Shown piece by piece: positions 14,421 through 29,703 of a DNA stretch of 64,000 bases; the stretch's first letter is position 1; every line of letters begins with the position of its first letter. The stretch covers positions 52,328,001 to 52,392,000 of the forward strand of contig JANJGN010000006.1 in NCBI GenBank assembly GCA_026770705.1, in the 5' to 3' direction. Origin of the DNA: Isurus oxyrinchus. Taxonomy: Eukaryota. The translations under genes were made by a program, and so were the position numbers. The notes below the pieces were generated by a model that saw only the letters and a list, made by a program, of their open reading frames with translations, made no database searches and was not told the DNA's origin.

Positions 14421-15829
14421 TAGTGGATCTGAGAGTGATTTTAAGTTTGATAGCGAGGTTGAGAGTTTATGTGAATTAGATAGTGTGACAGAGAGTGAAT
14501 CTGATTTTGATAGTGTGTCTGTGAGTGAATTGGAATCTGATAGTGAGACCGGCATTGAATTTAAGTTTGTTTATGTGCCTGAGAGTGAATTTGATTTTGA
14601 CTGTGTGTCTGAGAGTGAATCTGAGTTTGAAAGCGTGTCTGAGAGTGCATCAGATTTTAGTAGAGAGCCTGAGATTGAATCTGACTTTAATAGTGAATCT
14701 GAGAGTGAATCTATGTTTGACAGGATGTCTGAGAGTGAATTTGAGTTTGATCATGCACCTAAGAATGGAAATGAGTTTGGTATTGAGTCTGAGAGTGGAT
14801 TGGACTTCGATGGTGTGTCTGAGAATGCATTTGATAATGAACCTGAAAGTGAATCTGAATTTTATAGTGAATCTGAGACTGAATCTGAGTTTGAGAGCGA
14901 GTCTGAGAGTGAATCTGAGTTTGATAGTGTGTCTGAGAGTGAATCTGAGTTTGATGGCATGCCTGAGAGTGAATCTGACTTTGATAGTCTGAGAGCGAAT
15001 CTGAGTGTGATTGTGAATCCGATAGTGAATCTGGTTTTGATAGTAAATCTGACAGCATATCTGAGTTTGATGCTGTGCTTGATAGATAGTCAGAGTCTGA
15101 TTGTGAGTCTGGAAGTGAATCTGAGTTTGACAGTGAAGCTGAGTTTGAAAGTGAGTCTGAGAGCAAATCTGAATTTGACAGTGAGGTTGAGAGAGATAAT
15201 GATTCTGACAGTGAACCCAATTCTGATATTTAATGGAGAATGAATCTGAGTCTGAATGTGACTCTGAGACAGAAGCTCATTTTGATGGTGGGCTTCAGAG
15301 TTAGTCTGAGTTTGACAGCGTGCCTGAGAGTGAATCGGATTTCAAAAGTGAGTGTGAGAGCGAATTTGTGTTTGATAGTGCATCTGAGATTGACTCTGAG
15401 TTTGATAGTCTGAAAGTGAATCAGAGCATGATAGTGACTCTGCGATGAAATCCCATTTTGATGGTGAGCTTGAGAGTTTCTCTGAGTTTGAAGGAGTGCC
15501 TAAGAGTGAATCTGATTTTGATAGTGACTCTGAGAGCAAACCAGTGTTCGACAGTGATCTTGAGAGTGAATCTGAGTTTTGTAGTGAGTTGGAGAGCGGA
15601 TCTGAGTTTGATAGTGTGTCAGAGAATGAATCAGAGATCGATATTGATGCGGACAATTAATCTTAATTTGATTGTGAGTCTAACAGTGAACCTAAATTTG
15701 ATAGTGAGGTTGAGAGTAAGTATGAGTTAGATATTGATCCTGAGACAAAATCCCCTTTTGATAGCGAGCTTCAGAGTTGCTCTGAGTTTGAATGTGAGCC
15801 TGTGAGTGAATCTGATTTTGATAGTGACT

Positions 15830-16040
15830 GAGAGTGAATCAGTATTTGACAGTGAGCTTGAGACTAAATCATAGTCTAACAGTGAGTCTGAGAGTGAATC
15901 TGAGTTTGACATTGAGCCTGAGAGTGAATCTGAGTTAGATAGTGTCTCTGAGAGTGAATCAGTGTTTGCTAGTGAGTTTCAGACTAAATCATAGTCTGAT
16001 AGTGAGTCTGAGAGTGAATCTGAGTTGGATAGTCTCTCTG
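15830..16040 (+). repeat. ~120-bp tandem duplication
   Basis: AGACTAAATCATAGTCT occurs at ~15861 and ~15982 in similar context. Confidence 0.6.
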
Positions 16041-19000
16041 AGGCAGAGTCTCATTTTGAGAGAGGGCTTAACAGTTACTCTGATTTGAAAGTGTGCCTGA
16101 GAGTGAATCTGCTTTCAAAGGTGTGTCAGACAGTGAATCAGTATTTGACCATGAGCTTGAGAGTGAATCGGAGTTTGATAGTGAGTCTGTGAGTGAATTT
16201 CATTTCAATAGAGAGCCTGAGAGTGAACCTGAGTTTGATAGTGAGTCTGACAGTGAATCTGAGTTTGATAGTGGATCTGAGAGTGAATCTAAGTTTGAGA
16301 GTGCGTTTGAGAGTGAATGAATCTGTTAGTGTTATGGAGAGTGAATCTGATTTTGATAATATGTCTGTGAGTGAATTGGAATATGATAGTGTTTCTGGTT
16401 ATGAATCTGAGTTTGATAGTGCGTCTGAGAGTGAATCTGATTTCAAAAGAGAGTCTGGTAGTGAATCTGAGTTTGATAGTGAGTCTGACAGTGAATCTAA
16501 TTCTGATAGTGTGTAGGAGAGTGAATCTGATTCTGATGGTGAGTCCGAGCAAGAATCTCACATGGCAAGTGGGCTTTAGAGTGAGTCTGGTTTTGATAGT
16601 GAATCTGACAGCAAATCTGAATTTGATGGTGAGACTGAGAGAGTTTCAGAGTCTGATTGTGAGTCTGGGAGTGAATCTGCATTAGATAGTGAATCTGAGT
16701 TTGATAGTGAGTCTGAGAGCAAACTTGAATTTGATAGTGTGTCTGTTAGTGAATCTGAGTTTGAGAGTGAATCAGTATGTGATAGTGACTATGAGACAAA
16801 ATTTCATTTAGATAGTGAATTTGAGAGTTTGAGTTTGAAATTGTGAGTGAATCTGATTTCGATAGTGAGTCTTACAGCAAATCTGATTTTGATGGTGAGC
16901 CTGAGAGTGACTCTAAATTTGATCGGGTGCCTGAGAGTGAATCACAGTTTGATGGTGAGTCTGACTGTGAACCTGAGTTTGATCGTGTGTCTGCGAGTGA
17001 ATCTGGGTTTGATAGTCTGAGAGTGAATCTGCTTTTGACAGGGAGCCTAAGAGCTAATTAGATATCGATAGTGAATCTGACATGAATCTGAGTTTGATAG
17101 TGCCTCTGACAGTAAATCTGAGCCTGATTGTGATTCTGAGAGGCAATCTGATTTAGATAGTGAGCTTGAGAGTTAGTCTGAGTTTGAAAGTGTGCCAGGG
17201 AGTGAATCTGATTTTGATAATGATTCTGAGAATGAATCAGAGTTTGATCATGAGCTTGAGAATGAACCTTAGTGTGATAGTGAGTCTCAGAGTGAATCTG
17301 AGATTGATAGTGAACCTCAACGTGAATCTGAGGTTGATAATGAGTCTGAGAGTGAATCTGTGTTTGATAGTGAGTCTGAGAATGAATCAGAGTTTGATAG
17401 TGATCTTGAGAGTGAACCTGAGTTTGATAGTGAACCTGAGAGTCGATCTGAGATTGATATTGTGTCTGAGAGTGAATCAAGGATCAATAGTGAATCTGGC
17501 AGTGAATCTGAGTTTGATAGTGAGTCTGACAATGAATATGATTTTGATACTGGACCTGAGAGTGAATCTAAGTTTGATAATGAGTTTGAGAGTGAATGTG
17601 AATTTGGTAGCGTGATGGAGAGTGAACCTGATTTCAATAGTGAGTCTGAGAATGAATTGGAATCTGTCAGTGAGTTTGACAATGAACATGAGTTTGATAG
17701 TGTGTCTGAGAGTGAATCTGATATTGTTAGCAAGTCTGAGAATCAACCTGAGACTAATAGTATGTCTGAGATTGATTCTGGACTTGATAGTGAGCCTGAG
17801 AGTGAATTTGACTTTGATAGTCTGAGAGGGAATCTGAGTTTGACAGTGAGTCTGACTGTCAATCCAATTCTGATAGTGAGTTGGAAAGTCAATCTGTGTC
17901 TGATAGTGACTCTGAGACAGAATATAATTTTGATAGCGGGCTTCAGAGTTAGTCTGTGTTTCCTAATGTGCCTGAGCATGATTTTGATAGTGAATCTGAC
18001 AACAAATGTGAGTTGTATGGTGAGCCTGAGAGTGAGTTAGAGTCTGATTGTGTGTCTTGGAGTGAAGCTGAGTTTGATAGTGAATCTGAGTTTGATAGTG
18101 AGCCTGAGAGTAAATATGAGTTTGATAGTGAGCCTGATAGTGAATTTGTGTTTGGTGGTGTATCTGCGAGTAAATCTGAGTTTCATAGTCTGAGAGCGAA
18201 CCTGAGTTTGATGGGGTGCCTGAGATTGAGTCAGATATCGATAGTGAACCTGATGTTGAATTTGAGTTTGATAGTGCATGTGAGAGTGAATTTGAGCCTG
18301 GTAGCAACTCTGAGTTGAAATCTAATTTAGATAACGAGCTTGAGAGTTAGCCTGAGTTTGAATAATATCAGAGTGAATAATATTTTGATAGTGAGTCTGA
18401 GAGTGAATCTGATTTCAGTAGTTAGAATGTGGGTGAATTAAAGTTTTACAGTGAGTTGAGACCAAATCTATGTTTGATAGTGCATCTGAGAGTGAATCAG
18501 ATTATGATAGTGAGCCTCAAAGTTAATTTGAGTTTGATAGTGAGTCTGAGAGTGAATCTGAGTTTGATATTATGTCAGAGATTGAAACTGAGTTTGATAG
18601 TGATCCTGACAGTGAATTCAATTCTGAAAGTGAGTGCAGAATGAATCTGAGTCTGATGGTGACTCTGAGACAGAATCACATTTTGATGGTGGGCTTCATA
18701 GTTTGTCTGAGTTTGATAGTGTGCTTGAGAGTGAATCGGATTTCGACAGTGAGTGTGCAGAGTCTGAGTTTGATCATGAACCTGACAGTAAATCTGAGTT
18801 TGATTGTGTGCCTAAGAGTGAGGCAGAGTCTGATTGTGAATCTGGGAGTGAATATGAGTTTGATAGTGAATCTGTGTTTGATAGTGAGTCTGAGAGCAAA
18901 CCTGAATTTGATTGTTTGCATGCGAGTGAATCTGATTTTGATAGTGAGTCTGACAGTGAAAAATAAGAATGAATTTCTTTTTCATTGTGTATCCGAGAAT

Positions 19001-22000
19001 GAATATGAGTTTGATACTGAGCTTGAGAGTGAATCCCATTTTCATATTGAGTTTGAGAATGAACTGGAGACTCAAAGTGCGTCTGAGAGTGAATCTGAAT
19101 TTGATATTTTCTCTGAGAGTTAATCTTATTTCGATATTGTGTCTGAGATTGTATCTGAATTTGATAGTAAGTTTGAGAGTAAACCTGATTTCAATAGGAC
19201 TTCTGAGAGAGAATCCTGAATTTCATAGTGATTCTGGTAGTGAATCCAATTCTGATAGTGAATGGAGAATGAATCTGAGTCTGATGTTGGCTCTGAGACA
19301 GAATCTGTTTTTGATGGTGGGCTTCAGAGTTTGTTGCGTGTCTCAGGGCGAATTGGAATCTGATAGTGAGTCTGGCATTGAAAATGATTTTGATAGTGCA
19401 TCTGAAAGTGAATCTGAGTTTGACAGTGAGTCTGACAGTGAACCAATTCTGATAGTGAGTTGGAAAGTGAATCTGTGTCTGATAGTGACTTTGCGACAGC
19501 ATATCGCTTTGATAGAGGGCATCAGAATTTGCCTGAGTTTGATAGTATGACTGAGAGTGAGTTTGATTTTGAGAGTGCATCTGACAGCAAATCAAAGTTT
19601 GGTGGTGAGCCTGAGAGTGAGTCAGAGTCTGATTATGTGTCTGGGAGTGAATCTGTGTTTGATAGTGAATCTGAGCTTGATAGTGAGTCTAAGAGCAAAT
19701 CTGATTTTGATAGTGAGGTTGAGAGTGAACCTGAGTTTGATAGTAATTTTGATAGGGAATATGAGTTTGATAGTGTGTCTCCGAGTGAATCTGAGTTTGT
19801 TAGTCTGAAAGCGAAACTCCATTTGATAGGGTGCCTGAGAGGGAATCAGATATCGACAGTGAATCTGACATTGAATCTGAGTTTGACAGTGCATGAGAGA
19901 GTGAATCTGTGCCTCATTGTGATTCTGAGATGAAATCTGATTTAGATAGTGAGATTGAGAGTTAGTCTGAGTTTGAATGTGTGCGTGAGAGTGGATCATA
20001 TTCTGATTCTGAGTTTGAGAGTGAGCCTGATTTTGATATTTAGAATGAGGGTGAATCAGAATTTGATTGTGAGCCCGAGAACGAATCAGAGTTTGATAGA
20101 TAGTCTGAGCGTGAATCTGAGTTTGATATTGAGTCTAAGAGTGAATCTGAGTTTGATCGTCAGCCTCAAAGTGAATCTGAGTTTGACAGTGAGTCTGAGA
20201 GCGAATCTCAGTTTGAAAGTATGCCTGAGAGTTAATCTGAGTTTCATGGTCCGAGAATTAATCTGAATTTGATAGTGAGTCTGACAGTGAATCTGAGTTT
20301 GATGGTGAATCCGAGAGTTAATTTTTTTTTTAATTGTGAGCCTGAGAGTGAATCGAATTCTGATGGTGAGTTTGAGAGTAAATCTCAGTTTCATTGTGAG
20401 TTTGAGAATGAATTGGAGTCTCGTAGTGAGTTTGACAGTGAACCTTATCCTGACAGAGTTGCTGAGATTGAATCTGAGTTTGTTAGTAAGTCTGAGAGTG
20501 AATATGCGTTTGATATTGAGTCTGGGAGTGAATCTAGTTAGATAGTGAATTTGAGAATGAGTCTGTGTTTGGTAGTGAGCCTGAGAGTGAAGCTCATTTT
20601 ATAAGTGTGCCTGAGAGTGAACCTGAGTTCAATGGTCTGAGGGTGAATCTGAGTTTGATTGTGAGTCTGAGAGTGAAACTGATTTTGATAGGGATCCTGA
20701 GAGTGAACCTGAATCTGAGAGTGACTCTGAGAGTGAATCTAAGTTTGAACGTGAGACTGACAGAACCTGAGTTTGATTGTGAACCTGAGATTGAATCTGT
20801 TTTTGATTGTGAATCTATGAGTAAAACTCAGTTTCATAATAAGTTTGAGAGTAAATTAAAGTCTTGCAGTGAGCCAGAAAGCGAATCCTGATAGTGCGTC
20901 GAAGAATTAAACTGAGTTTGGTAGTGAGTTTGAGAATGAATTTAAATTAGTCTGAGCGGTGGTGAATAAATCTGATTTTGGTTGTGTGTCTGAGGGCGAA
21001 TTGGAATCTGATAGTGAGTCTGATATTCAATATGAGTTTGATAGTGCGTCTTAGAGTGAATCCAATTCTGATAGTAAGTTGGAAAGTGAATCTGTGTCTG
21101 ATGGTGACTCTGCGACAGCATATCATTTTGATAGTGGGCATCAGTTAGCCTGAGTTTGATAGTGTGCCTGAGAGTGAGTTTGATTTTGATAGTGCATCTG
21201 AGGCAAACTTGAGTTTGATGGTGAGCCTGAGAGTGAGTCAGTGTCTGATTATGAGTCTGGGAGTGAATCTGAGTTTGATAGTGAGTCTGAGAGTGAATCT
21301 GAGTATGATTGTGAGCCTCAAAGTGAACCTGAGTTTGACAGTGAGCCTGAGAGTGAATCTCAGTTTGAAAGTGTGCCTGAGAATTAATCTGAGTTTCATG
21401 GTCCGAGAATTAATCTGAGTTTGATAGTGAGTCTGACAGTGAATTTGAGTTTGATAGTGTGCCTCCGAGTGAATCTGAGTTTCTTTGTCTGAAAGCAAAT
21501 CTCAGTTTGATAGGGTGCCTGAGAGGGAATCAGATATCGATAGTGAATCTGACATTGAATCTGAGTTTGACAGTGCATGTGAGAGTGAATCTGTGCCTCA
21601 GTGTGATACTGAGATGAAATCTGATTTAGATAGTGAGCTTGAGAGTTAGTCTGAGTTTGAATGTGTGCATGAGAGTGAATCATATTTCGATTGTGGGTTT
21701 GAGAGTGAACCTGATATTTGATATTTATAATAAGGGTGCATCAGAATATGATAGTGAGCCCGAGAATGAATCAGAGTTAGATAGATAGCCTGAGAGTGAA
21801 TCTGAGTTTGATAGTACATCTGAGAGTGAATCTGAATTTGATATTTTCTCTGAGAGTCAATCTTATTTCGATAGTGTGTCTGAGATTGAATCTGAATTTG
21901 ATAGTAAGTTTGAGAGTAAACCTGAATTCAGTAGGGCTTCTGAGAGAGAATTTTCAGTTTCATAATGATTCTGGCAGTGAATCTAATTCTGGTAGTGAGT

Positions 22001-25000
22001 AGAGAATGAATCTGTGTCTGATGTTGACTCTGAGACAGAATCTCGATTTGATGATGGGCTTCAGAGTTTGTTTGAGTTCGACAGTGTGCCTGAGAGTGAA
22101 TCAAATATCGATAGTGAATCTGACATTGCATCTGAGTATGACAGTGCATGTGAGAGTGAATCTGTGTCTCATTGCGATTCTGTTAGTCTGAGTTTGAATG
22201 TATGCGTGAGAGCAAATCATATTTCGATTGTGAGTTTGAGAATGAACCTGATTTTGATAGTTAGGATGAGGGTGAATCAGAATTTGATAGTGAGCCCGAG
22301 AACGAATCAAAGTTTGATAGATAGTCTGAGAGTGAATCTGAGTTTGATAGTGATTCAAAGTGAATCTGAGTTTCACAGTGAGTGAGAGCGAATGTCAGTT
22401 TGAAAGTGTTCCTGAGAGTTAATCTGAGTTTCATGGTCCGAGAATTAACCTGAGTTTGATAGTGAGTCAGACAGTGAATCTGAGTTTGATGGTGAATGCG
22501 AGAGTTAATTTGTTTTTAATTGTGATAGAGTTTCTGAGAGTGTATCTGAGTTTGGTAGTAAGTCGGAGAGTGAATATGAGTTTGATATTGAGTCTGGGAT
22601 TGAATCTAGTTAGATCGTGAATCTGAGATTGAATCTGTGTTTGGTAGTGAGTGTGAGAGTGAATGTGATTTTAAAATTGCATCTGGGAGTGAATCTAGTT
22701 GGATAGTGAATCTGAGAATAAATCTGTGTTTGGTAGTGAGTTTGAGAGTGAACCTGAAATTATAAGTGTGCCTGAGAGTGAATCTGAGTTTAATGGTCTG
22801 AGGGTGAATCTGAGTTTGATTGTGAGTCTGAGAGTGAATCTGATTTTGATGGGGATCCTGAGAGTGCACCTGAATCTGATAGTGACTCTGAGCATGAATC
22901 TGAGTTTGAACATGAGTTTGACTGAACCTGAGTTTGTTTGTGAACCTGAGATTGAATCTGTTTTTGATTGTGAATCTGTGAGTGAATTTGTTTTTGATTG
23001 TGAGTCTGTGAGTAAAAGTCAGTTTCATAGTAAGTTTGAGAGTAACTTGAAGTCTCACAGTGAGCCAGAAAGCGAATCTTGATAGTGCGTCTAAGAATGA
23101 ATCTGAGTTTTTAATGAGTTTGAGAATGAATTTGAATTAGTTTGTGTGGTGGTGAGTAAATCTGATTTTGTTTGTATGTCTGAGGGTGAATTGGAATCTG
23201 ATAGTGAGTCTGAAATTGAATATGAGTTTGATAGTGCATCTAGAGTGAATCTGATTTCGATTGCAAGTTTGAGAGTCATTCAGTGTCTGCTAGTGTGTCT
23301 GAGAGTGAATCTGAGTTTGATAGTGAGTCTGACAGTGAATCCAATTCTGATAGTGAGTTGGAAAGTGAATCTGTGTCTGATGGTGGCTCTGCCACAACAT
23401 ATCATTTTGATAGCAGGCATCAGCGTTAGCCTGAGTTTGATAGTGTGCCTAAGATTGAGTTTGATTTTGATAGTGCATCTGAAGCAAACCTGAGTTTGAT
23501 GGTGAGCCTGAGAGTGAGTCAGAGTCTGATTATGATAGTGCGTCGAAGAGTGAATCTGAGTTTGATAGTGAATCTGAGTTTGATAGTGAGTCTGAGAGCA
23601 AATCAGAATTTGATGGTGAGTTTGAGAGTGAAACTGAGTTTGGTAGTGAGTCTGATAGTGAATTTGAGTTTGCTAGTGTGTCTCCGAGTGTATCTGAGTT
23701 TCTTATCTGAAAGTGAATCTCAGTTTGATAGGGTGTCTGAGAAGAAATCAGAATTGATAGTGAATTTGACATTGAATTTGAGTTTGATAGTGCATGTGAG
23801 AGTAAATCTGTGCCTAATTGTGATTCTGAGATGAAATCTGACTTAGATAGTGAGCTTGAGAGTTAGTCCGTGTTTGAAAGTGTGCGTGAGAGCGAATCAT
23901 ATTTCAATTGTGGGTTTGAGAGTGAACATAATTTTGAGAGTTAGAATGAGAGTGAATCCGAGTTTGATAGTGAGTCTGAGAGTGAATCTGAATTTGATCG
24001 TTGCCTCAAAGTGAATCTGAGTTTGACAATGAGTCTGAGAGTAAATCTCAGTTTGAAAGCGTGCCTGAGAGTTAATCTAAGCTTCATGGTCCGAGAATTA
24101 ATCTGAGTTTGATAGAGAGTCTGACAGTGAATCTGAGTTTGATGGTGAATCCGAGCATTAATTTGACTTTAATTGTGAGCCTGAGAGTGAATCTGAGTCT
24201 GATGGTGAGTTTGAGAGTGAATCTCAGTTTCATAGTGAGTTTGAGAATGAATTGGAGTCTCGTAGTGAGATTGACATCGAATCTTGTCCTGACAGATTTT
24301 CTGTGAGTGAATCTGAGTTTGGTAGTAAGTCAGAGAGTGAATATGAGTTTGATATTGAGTCTGGGAGTGAATCTAGTTAGATAGTGAATCTGAAAGTGAA
24401 TCTATGTTTGGTAGGAGTCTGAGAGTGAATATGATTTTAATATTTCATCTGGGAGTGAATCTGGTTGGATAGTAATTCTGAGAATAAATCTGTGTTTGGT
24501 AGTGAGTCTGCGAGTGAACATGAGTTTATAAGTTTGCCAGAGAGTGAAACTGAGTTTCATGGTCTGAGAGTGAATCTGAGTTTGATTGTGAGTCTCAGAG
24601 TGAATCTGATTTTGATAGGGATCCTGAGAATGAACCTGAATCTGATAGTGACTCTGAGAGTGAATCTAAGTTTGAAAGTTAGTCTGACTGAACCTGAGTT
24701 GGATTGTGAACCTGAGATTGAATCTGTTTTTGATTGTGAATCTGTGAGTGAATTTGTTCTTGATTGTGAGTCTGTGAGTAAAACTCAGTTTCATAGTAAG
24801 TTTGAGAGTAAATTGAAGTCTCACCGTGAGCCAGAAAGCGAATCTTGATCGTGTGTCGAAGAGTGAGTCTGAGTTTGGTAGTGAGTTTGAGAGTGACTCT
24901 GAGTTTGATTGTGAGCCTCAAAGTGAAACTGAGTATGACAGTGAGTCTGAGAGCTAATGTCAGTTTGAAAGTGTGCCTGAGAGTTAATCTAAGTTTCATG

Positions 25001-28000
25001 GTCCGAGAATTAATCTGAGTTTGATAGAGAGTCTGACTGCGAATCTGAGTTTGATGATGAATCCGAGAGTTAATTTGTTTTTAATTATGAGCCTGAGAGT
25101 GAATCCAGGTCTGATGGTAAGTTTGAGAGCAAATCTCAGTTTCATAGTGAGTTTGAGAATGAGTTGGAATCTCGTAGTGAGTTTGACAGCGAACCTTGTC
25201 CTGACAGTTTTTCTGAGAGTGAATCTGAGTTTAGTAGTAAGTCGGAGAGTGAATATGAGTTTGATATTGAGTCTGGGAGTGAATCTAGTTAGATAGTGAA
25301 CCTGAGAGTAAATCTGTGTTTGATAGTGAGTCTGAGAGTGAATATGATTTTAATATTGCATCTGGGAGTGTATCCAGTTGGGTAGTGAATCTGAGAATGA
25401 ATCTGTGATGGATTGTGAGTTTGAGAGTGAATCTGATTTTGATAGTTAGAATGAGCATGAATCTGAGTTTGGTAGTGAGTCTAAGAGTGACTCTGAGTTT
25501 GATCGTGAGCCTCAAAGTGAAACTGAGTTTGACAGTGAGTCTGAGAGCGAATGTCAATTTGAAAGTGTGCCTGAGAGTTCATCTAAGTTTCATGGTCCGA
25601 GAATTAATCTGAATTTGATAGTGAGTCTGAGAGTGAATCTGAGTTTGATGGTGAATCCAAGAGTTAATTTGTTTTTAATTGTGAGCCTGAGAGTGAATCT
25701 GTTTTTGATTGTGAATCTGTGAGTGAATTTGTTTTTGATTGTGCGTCTGTGAGTAAAACACAGTTTCATAGTGAGTTTGAGAGTAAATTGAAGTCTCACA
25801 GTGAGCCAGAAAGCAAATCTTGATAGTGCGTCAAAGAGTGAATCTGAGTTTGGTAGTGAGTTTGAGAATGAATTTGAATTAGTTTCTGCAGTGGTGAGTA
25901 AATCTGATTTCGGTTGCATGTCTGATGGTGAATTGGAATCTGATAATGAGTCTGATATTGAATATGAGTTTGATAGTGCATCTAAGAGTGAATCTGAATT
26001 CGATAGCAAGTTTGAGAGTCAGTCAGCATCTGCTAGTGTGTCTGAGAGTGAATCTGAGTTTGACAGTGAGTCTGACAGTGAATCCAATTCTGACAGTGAG
26101 TTGGAAAGTGAATCTGTGTCTGATGGTGACACTGCAACAGCATATCATTTTGATAGTGGGCATCAGAGTTAGCCTGAGTTTGATAGTGTGCCTGAGAGTG
26201 AGTTTGATTTAGATAGTGCATCTGACAGCAAACCTGAGTTTGTTGATGAGCCTGAGAGTGAGTCAGAGTCTGATTATGAGTTTGGGAGTGAATCTGAGTT
26301 TGATAATGAGTCTGAGAGCGAATCTCAGTTTGAAATCATGCCTGAGAGTTAATCTGAGTTTCATAGTCTGAGGGTGAATCTGAGTTTGATTGTGAGTCTG
26401 AGAGTGAATCTGATTTTGATAGGGATCCTGAGAGTTCACCTGAATCTGATAGTGACTCAGCGAGTGAATCTGATATTGAATGTGAGTCTGACTGAACCTG
26501 AGTTGGATTGTGAACCTGAGATTGACTCTGTTTTTGATTGTGAATCTGTGAGTGAACTTGATTTTGATTCTGAGTCTGTGGGTAAAACTCAGCTTTATAG
26601 TGAGTTTGAGAGTAAATTGAAGTCTCACAGTGAGCCAGAACACAAATGTTGAAAGTGTGATGAAGAGTAAATCTGAGTTTGTTAGTGAGTACGAGAATTA
26701 ATTTGAATTAGTTTGTGCAGTGGTGAGTAAATCTGATTTCGGTTGCATGTCTGATGGTGAATTGGAATCTGATAGTGAGTCTGACATTGAATATGAGTTT
26801 GATAGTGCGTCTGAGAGTGAATCTGATTTTGATTGTGAGCCTCAAAGTAAATCTTAGTTTAACAGTGAGTCTGAGAGCGAATGTCAATTTGAAAGTGTGC
26901 CTGAGAGTTAAACTGAGTTTCATGGTCCGAGAATTAATCTGAGTTTGAAAGTGAGTCTGACAATGAATCTGAATTTGATGGTGAATCCGAGAGATAATTT
27001 GTTCTTAATTGTGAGTCTGAGAGTGAATCCGAGTCTGATGGTGAGTTTGAGAGTGAATCTCAGTTTCATAGTGAGTTTGAGAATGAATTGGAGTCTCCTA
27101 GTGAGTTTGACAATGAATCTTGTCGTGACAGAGTTTCTGAGAGTGAATCTGAGTTTTGTAGTTAGTCGGAGAGTGACTATGAGTTTGATATTGAGTCTGG
27201 GAGTGAATCTGTGTTTGGTAGTGTGTCTGAGAGTGAATATGATTTTTATATTTCATCTGGGATTGAATCTAGTTAGATAGCGAATCTGAGAATGAATCTG
27301 TATTTCGTAGTGAGTCTGAGAGTCAAGCTGAGTTTAATGGTCTGAGGGTGAATCTGAGTTTGAGTGTGAATCTGGGAGTGAATCTGATTTTGATAGGGAT
27401 CCTGGGCGTGAACCTGAATCTGAGAGTGAATCTGAGAGTGAATCTGAGTTTAATGGTCTGAGGGTGAATCTGAGTTTTATTCTGAGTCTGATAGTGAATC
27501 TGATTTTGAATGTGAGTCTGACTGAACCTGAGCTGGACTGTGAACCTGAGATTGAATCTGTTTTTGATTGTAAATCTGTGAGTGAATTTGATTTTGATTC
27601 TGAGTCTGTGAGTAAAACTGAGCATCATAGTGCGTTTGAGAGTAAATTGAAGTCACACAGTGAGCCAGAACACAAATGTTAATAATGTGTCGAAGAGTGA
27701 ATCTGAGTTTGATAGTGAGTACGAGAATGAATTTGAATTAGTTTGTGCGGGGGTGAGTAAATCCGATTTCGGTTGCGTGTCTAATGGCGAATTGGAATCT
27801 GATAGTGGGTCTGACATTGAATATGAATGTGATAGTGCGTCTGAGAGTGAATCAGATTTCGATAGCAAGTTTGAGAGTCAGTCAGTATCTGCTAGTGTGT
27901 CTGAGACTGAACCTGAATTTGAGAGTGAGTCTGACAGTGAATCCAATTCTGACAGTGAGTTGGAAAGTGAATCTGTGTCTGATGGTGACTCTGTGACAGC

Positions 28001-29703
28001 ATATCATTTTGATAGTGGGCATCAGAGTTAGCCTGAGATTGATAGTGTGCCTGAGAGTGAGTTTGATTTTGATAGTGCATGTGACAGCAAACCTGAGTTT
28101 GATGGTGAGCCTGAGAGTGAATCTGATTTTGATGGTGAATCCGAGAGCTAATTTGTTTTTAATTGTGAGCCTGAGAGTGAATCTGATTTTGATCGTGAGC
28201 GTCAAAGTGAATCTTAGTTTAACAGTGAGTGTGAGAGCGAATGTCAGGTTGAAAGTGTGCCTGGGAGTTAATCTGAGTTTCATGGTCTGAGAATTAAACT
28301 GAGTTTGATAGTGTGTCTGACAGTGCTTCTCAGTTTGATGGTGAATCCAAGAGTTAATTTGTTTTTAATTTTGAGCCAGAGAGTGAATCCGAGTCTGATG
28401 GTGAGTTTGAGAGTGAATCTCAGTTTCTTAGTGAGTTTAAGAATGAATTGGAGTCCCGTAGTGAGTTTGACAGCGAATCATGTCGTGACAGAGTTTCTGA
28501 GAGTGAATCTGAGTTTGGTAGTAAGTCGGAGACTGAATATGAGTTTGATATTGAGTCTGGGTGTGAATCTAATTAGATTGTGAATCTGAGAGTGAATCTG
28601 TGTTTGGTAGTGAGTCTGAGAGTGAATATGATTTTTATATTTCATCTGTGATTGAATCTAGTTAGATAGTGAATCTGAGAATGAATCTGTGTTGCGTAGT
28701 GAGTTTGAGAGTCAAGCTGAGTTTACTGGTCTGTGGATGAATTTGAGTTTGATTGTGTGTCTGAGAGTGAATCTGATTTTGATAGGCATCCTGAGAGTGA
28801 ACCTGAATCTGACAGTGACTCTGACAGTGAATCTGAGTTTGAACGTGAGTCTGACTGAACCTGAGTTGGATTGTGAACCTGAGATTGAATCTGTTTTTCA
28901 TTGTGAATCTGTGAGTGAATTAGATTTTGATTCTGAGTCTGTGAGTAAAATTCAGCTTCATAGTGAGTTTGAGAGTAAATTGAAGTCTCACAGTGAGCCA
29001 GAACACAAGTGTTGATAGTGTGACAAAAAGTGTTGATTTTCATTGTGAGTCTCTGAGTAAAACTCAGCTTCATAGTGAGTTTGAAGTCTCAGAGTGAGCC
29101 AGAACGTTAAGCTTGATAGTGCATCAAACAGTGAATCTGAGTTCGGTTGTGAGTTTGAGAATGATTTTGAATTAATTTGTGTGGTGGTGAGTAAATCTGA
29201 TTTCGGTTGCGTGTCTAATGGTGAATTGGAATCTGATAGTGAGTCTGACATTGAATATGAGTTTGATAGTGCGTCTGAGAGTGAATGTGATTTCGATAGC
29301 ATGTTTGAGAGTCAGTCAGTAACTGCTAGGGTGTCTGAGAGTGAATCTAAGTTTGATAGTGAGTCTGACAGTAAATCCAAATCTGACAGTGAGTTGGAAA
29401 GTGAATCTGTGACTGATGGCAACTCTGCGACAGCATATCATTTTGATAGTGGTCATCAGAATTAGCCTGAGTTTGATAGTGTGCCTGAGAATCAGTTTGA
29501 TTTTGATAGTGTATGTGACAGCAAACCTGAGTTTGATAGTGAGCCTTGAGAGTGAATCTGATTTTGAAGGTGAGTTAATTTGTTTTTAATTGTGTGCCTG
29601 AGAGTGAATCCGAGTCTGATGGTGAGTTTGAGAGTTTATCTCAGTTTCATAGTGTGTTTAAGAATGAATTGGAGTCTTGTAGTGAGTTTGATAGCGAATC
29701 TTG

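Noticed and set aside
14365-15243. 292-aa ORF resembling SD-repeat adhesins (ClfA/Sdr) or DSPP
   Set aside because: The similarity is compositional only. There is no signal peptide, LPXTG motif or unique domain, and the ORF drifts into the LIVSLRV phase at ~14985.
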